Origin: Eledone cirrhosa
Taxonomy: Eukaryota
Direction of reading: 5' to 3'
Length of the DNA: 64,000 nt
Assembly (NCBI GenBank): GCA_964016885.1
Contig: OZ024745.1
Coordinates: 79,050,001 to 79,114,000 of the forward strand
The notes under the pieces are model-generated. The model was not told the DNA's origin. It was given only the letters and a program-made list of their open reading frames with translations, and did no database searches. Shown here in pieces: positions 61,601 through 64,000 of this stretch. The first letter of the stretch is position 1, and each line of letters begins with the position of its first letter. The translations under genes and the position numbers were made by a program.

Positions 61601-63240
61601 ATCTTATTGCATAGACTACGTGCATTCAAGGACAACAATTTGTACCTTGATTCCAGTCTATGATTATGTGCAGGAGATGGCAGGTTGTTCTGATTTAGTT
61701 TCCCAGAGTTTTTCAGTTTCTTTATTGTCAGTTGTTGTGGGTACAGTGTTTTCAGACCAGCTGGTGTCTCTTTTCCATGATTCGCCAGCCTTAACAAACT
61801 TCCATATCTGCCCATTATCTCATAGGCTGAAGCTTTCATGTTCTGCCAAGCTGCGGTTTAAGGAAGCTGCAGCACGCAGCTTTGGGCGGACATCAGGTGG
61901 AAGACCAGGGCGTGTTCGGAAAGCAATCCGACTTTCACGCCTAGCTTTATCAGAGGCTACAAGGTATGAACGTGCCTCAGTTGAGTTTGAAAACGACAGT
62001 CTAATTAACCTGGGCTTCGGGCCTGGTCGGCCAAGGCGTAGAGCACCCTTTGCGGGAGCACAGCCCAGGTCTTTGGATGAACTGGCAGCAAATGCCTGAA
62101 GATCAACTATGTCTTCTGGTACACCAATGGCAATCACTTTGTGGTTTGCAGATTCAGTGGCATTCTCAATGCGTCTAGGTTCAACATGAGGTACGCGGAG
62201 ATTTTTTAACAAGGCACTCCGGTAAGATCCCTCATTGTGGGGTTCTACACGAACGCTTGATTTTATTTCCGCTATTTCTTGGCTTAAAACGGAAATCATT
62301 TGCCGTATTTCCTCAAACACCGTATTGACGGTCGGTTTTTGTTGTTGTTCTTCTCCTTCAACAGGCATGGTAGAAGACACATGGAATGATATGTCACAAA
62401 CTAGGTAGCTTTGGCATAGCTGGAAAACTAGGTGAATGAAAGACAGAAGCCAGACTGTTACAGCCAATGGGGTTCTCTCATAAGAAACGTCAATAACAAG
62501 TGGTGTGCCACAGAGAACTGTCTTAGGGTCACTACTGTTTGTGGTGGCTCTCTCAGACATACCCTCTGTAATACTGACAGCCTCCCTCACAAGCTATGCT
62601 GATGACATAAAAGTAGCACAGGCAATCAAGATACCAGCAGATTACAAGATTTAGATGCCATATATGAAGACAACAATAAGCAATTTAATGCAGGTAAGTT
62701 TCAAGCCCTCCACTATCAACCCACAAACATAGGACCACCACAACAAAGGTACACTGGACAAGGAGGAATTGAAATCCCCGAGTCTGAATCAATACGGGAC
62801 CTGGCTATTGACATGAACATTGAGGCATCGTTACACATTACCAAAATGACAGCAATGTGCAGACAACTGGCAAGTTAGGGTCTGAGGACATTCAGAACAA
62901 AAGATCCAGAAACCATGTTGGCCCCCTGGAGGACTTTCGTCCTCAGCCAACTGGACTATTGCTCTCAGCTGTGGTCACCCCACAGTGTCAAACTAACTGC
63001 AGAACTTAAAGTAATCCAACGAAGCTACACCAAGAGGATTGCCTCAATGAAAGAGATGAGCTACTGGAAGAGACTGAAAAAACTAAAGCTTTACTCCCCA
63101 GAACGAAGATGGAAGGGATACACAGTGATATAAGTATGGAAGATCCTGGAAGGGTTAGCACCAAACTTTGGCAAGACCAACCCATGAAAGGATGCTACTG
63201 TGTAGTGCCAAAAGTCCCATCCATCGTATTGAGAATAAGG
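58700..63240 (+). mobile_element. Older CR1-group LINE fragment split by the element above (58700-58805 and 62380-63240)
   Basis: IDVIYLDFAKAFDKVDH continues as GMICHKL..FGIAGKLGE..SGVPQ.TVLG..YADD..LDYCSQLWSP. Confidence 0.85.
58806..62379 (-). mobile_element. CR1/L2-group LINE with ORF1 (ATG 62368) and a frameshifted APE-RT ORF2
   Basis: ORF1 coiled-coil plus RLG..KPRLIRL; LNARSL.NK, TETW, GDFN, LDL, SDH; YLDFAKAF, SGVPQGSVLGP, YADD, TRGH; (ATT)n tail. Confidence 0.92.
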
Positions 63241-63783
63241 ACCACATACTGCGTATAGCAGTTGGTTTCCGCAGCTGATGCTATTCCTAATGCCAACCAC
63301 ATTACAGTGAGGACTGGGTGTTTTTATCATGGTACCAAAATGGTGGATTCGGTGCTTTTTGTCGTGTCATCAACATGACCACTTGACAGAGTGGACAGTG
63401 CTTTTTATCAAGTCACCAGCATGACCACTTTACAGGCTGGACTGGATGCTTTTCCTCATGTCTTCATTATGACCACCTTACAAGAGGGACTGGGTGCCTT
63501 TGTTGTTGTGGCACCAGATCAGCATACAGAGTGAACTTAGTACTTTTTGTCATGTAACCGCATTGTGACAGATCAGATGTAGAGTGTATCCAACTTTCAT
63601 ACTTGTCTCCATGGGTTAGGCAGGCAAAGTGTATTGGGGTGAGGGTTTGGAGGGAGTTGACAAATAAGTATGTTTGACATCGATAAGGTGCATGGAATAT
63701 TTAGCTGGTGAGGGTTGGGTATAAAAATTGGTGAGAGTGAAGAGAAGATTGGTGCAGACTAATGTGTCCTCTACATGTTTGTT

Positions 63784-64000
63784 TCATTTCATTTTAAGCA
63801 CATGAGAAAGCGGATCTTCTGCAGTACAGCATGACGCCAGAGATCTCAATCCTGTCATCTTTGTGAGGTTTAATTGGACAAGGTCAGCTTTTATCACTTC
63901 ATCCCAAGCTTTCCTAGGTTTTCCTCTTCTGTCGTTTCCATCAACGTTAAGTGCCTTGCATTTTTTTACACAGCTACCAACCTCCATACACATCACATGT
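63784..64000 (-). mobile_element. Degenerate RTE 3' fragment
   Basis: SCVKKC..L.VDG...RGKPRKAWDEVI. Confidence 0.75.

Noticed and set aside
62380-62590. N-terminal 74 aa of ORF 61820..62590
   Set aside because: It is antisense read-through of the older host LINE; the real ORF1 starts at 62368.

Overview
AT-rich, repeat-dense animal genomic DNA. The SINE and RTE families look cephalopod/octopod-like (inference). Two host genes lie on the minus strand. (1) A spliced NMNAT gene: seven internal coding exons at 56806-31759 with consistent splice phases, two or three candidate alternative last exons (29722, 29400, 25669), and the first coding exon probably beyond the right edge. (2) The first two coding exons (12849-12834, 11836-11745) of a probable mitochondrial ES1/GATD3-like gene running off the left edge. 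The rest is mostly mobile DNA: two near-full-length RTE LINEs plus many fragments, with a PHD finger inserted inside the RT; a CR1-group LINE nested in an older one; a Penelope-like RT; Gypsy remnants and solo LTRs; two tRNA-derived SINE families; a Helentron-type element; MITEs; and (TA)n microsatellites. The most unusual signals are a set of dispersed type I hammerhead-ribozyme motifs (one with an approximately 100-nt stem II) sitting beside perfect 44-56-bp-arm palindromes, the PHD-in-RT RTE lineage, an RTE motif found in the 5' UTR of some lineages and the 3' UTR of another, and alternative NMNAT termini. All calls were made by eye, with no database searches.
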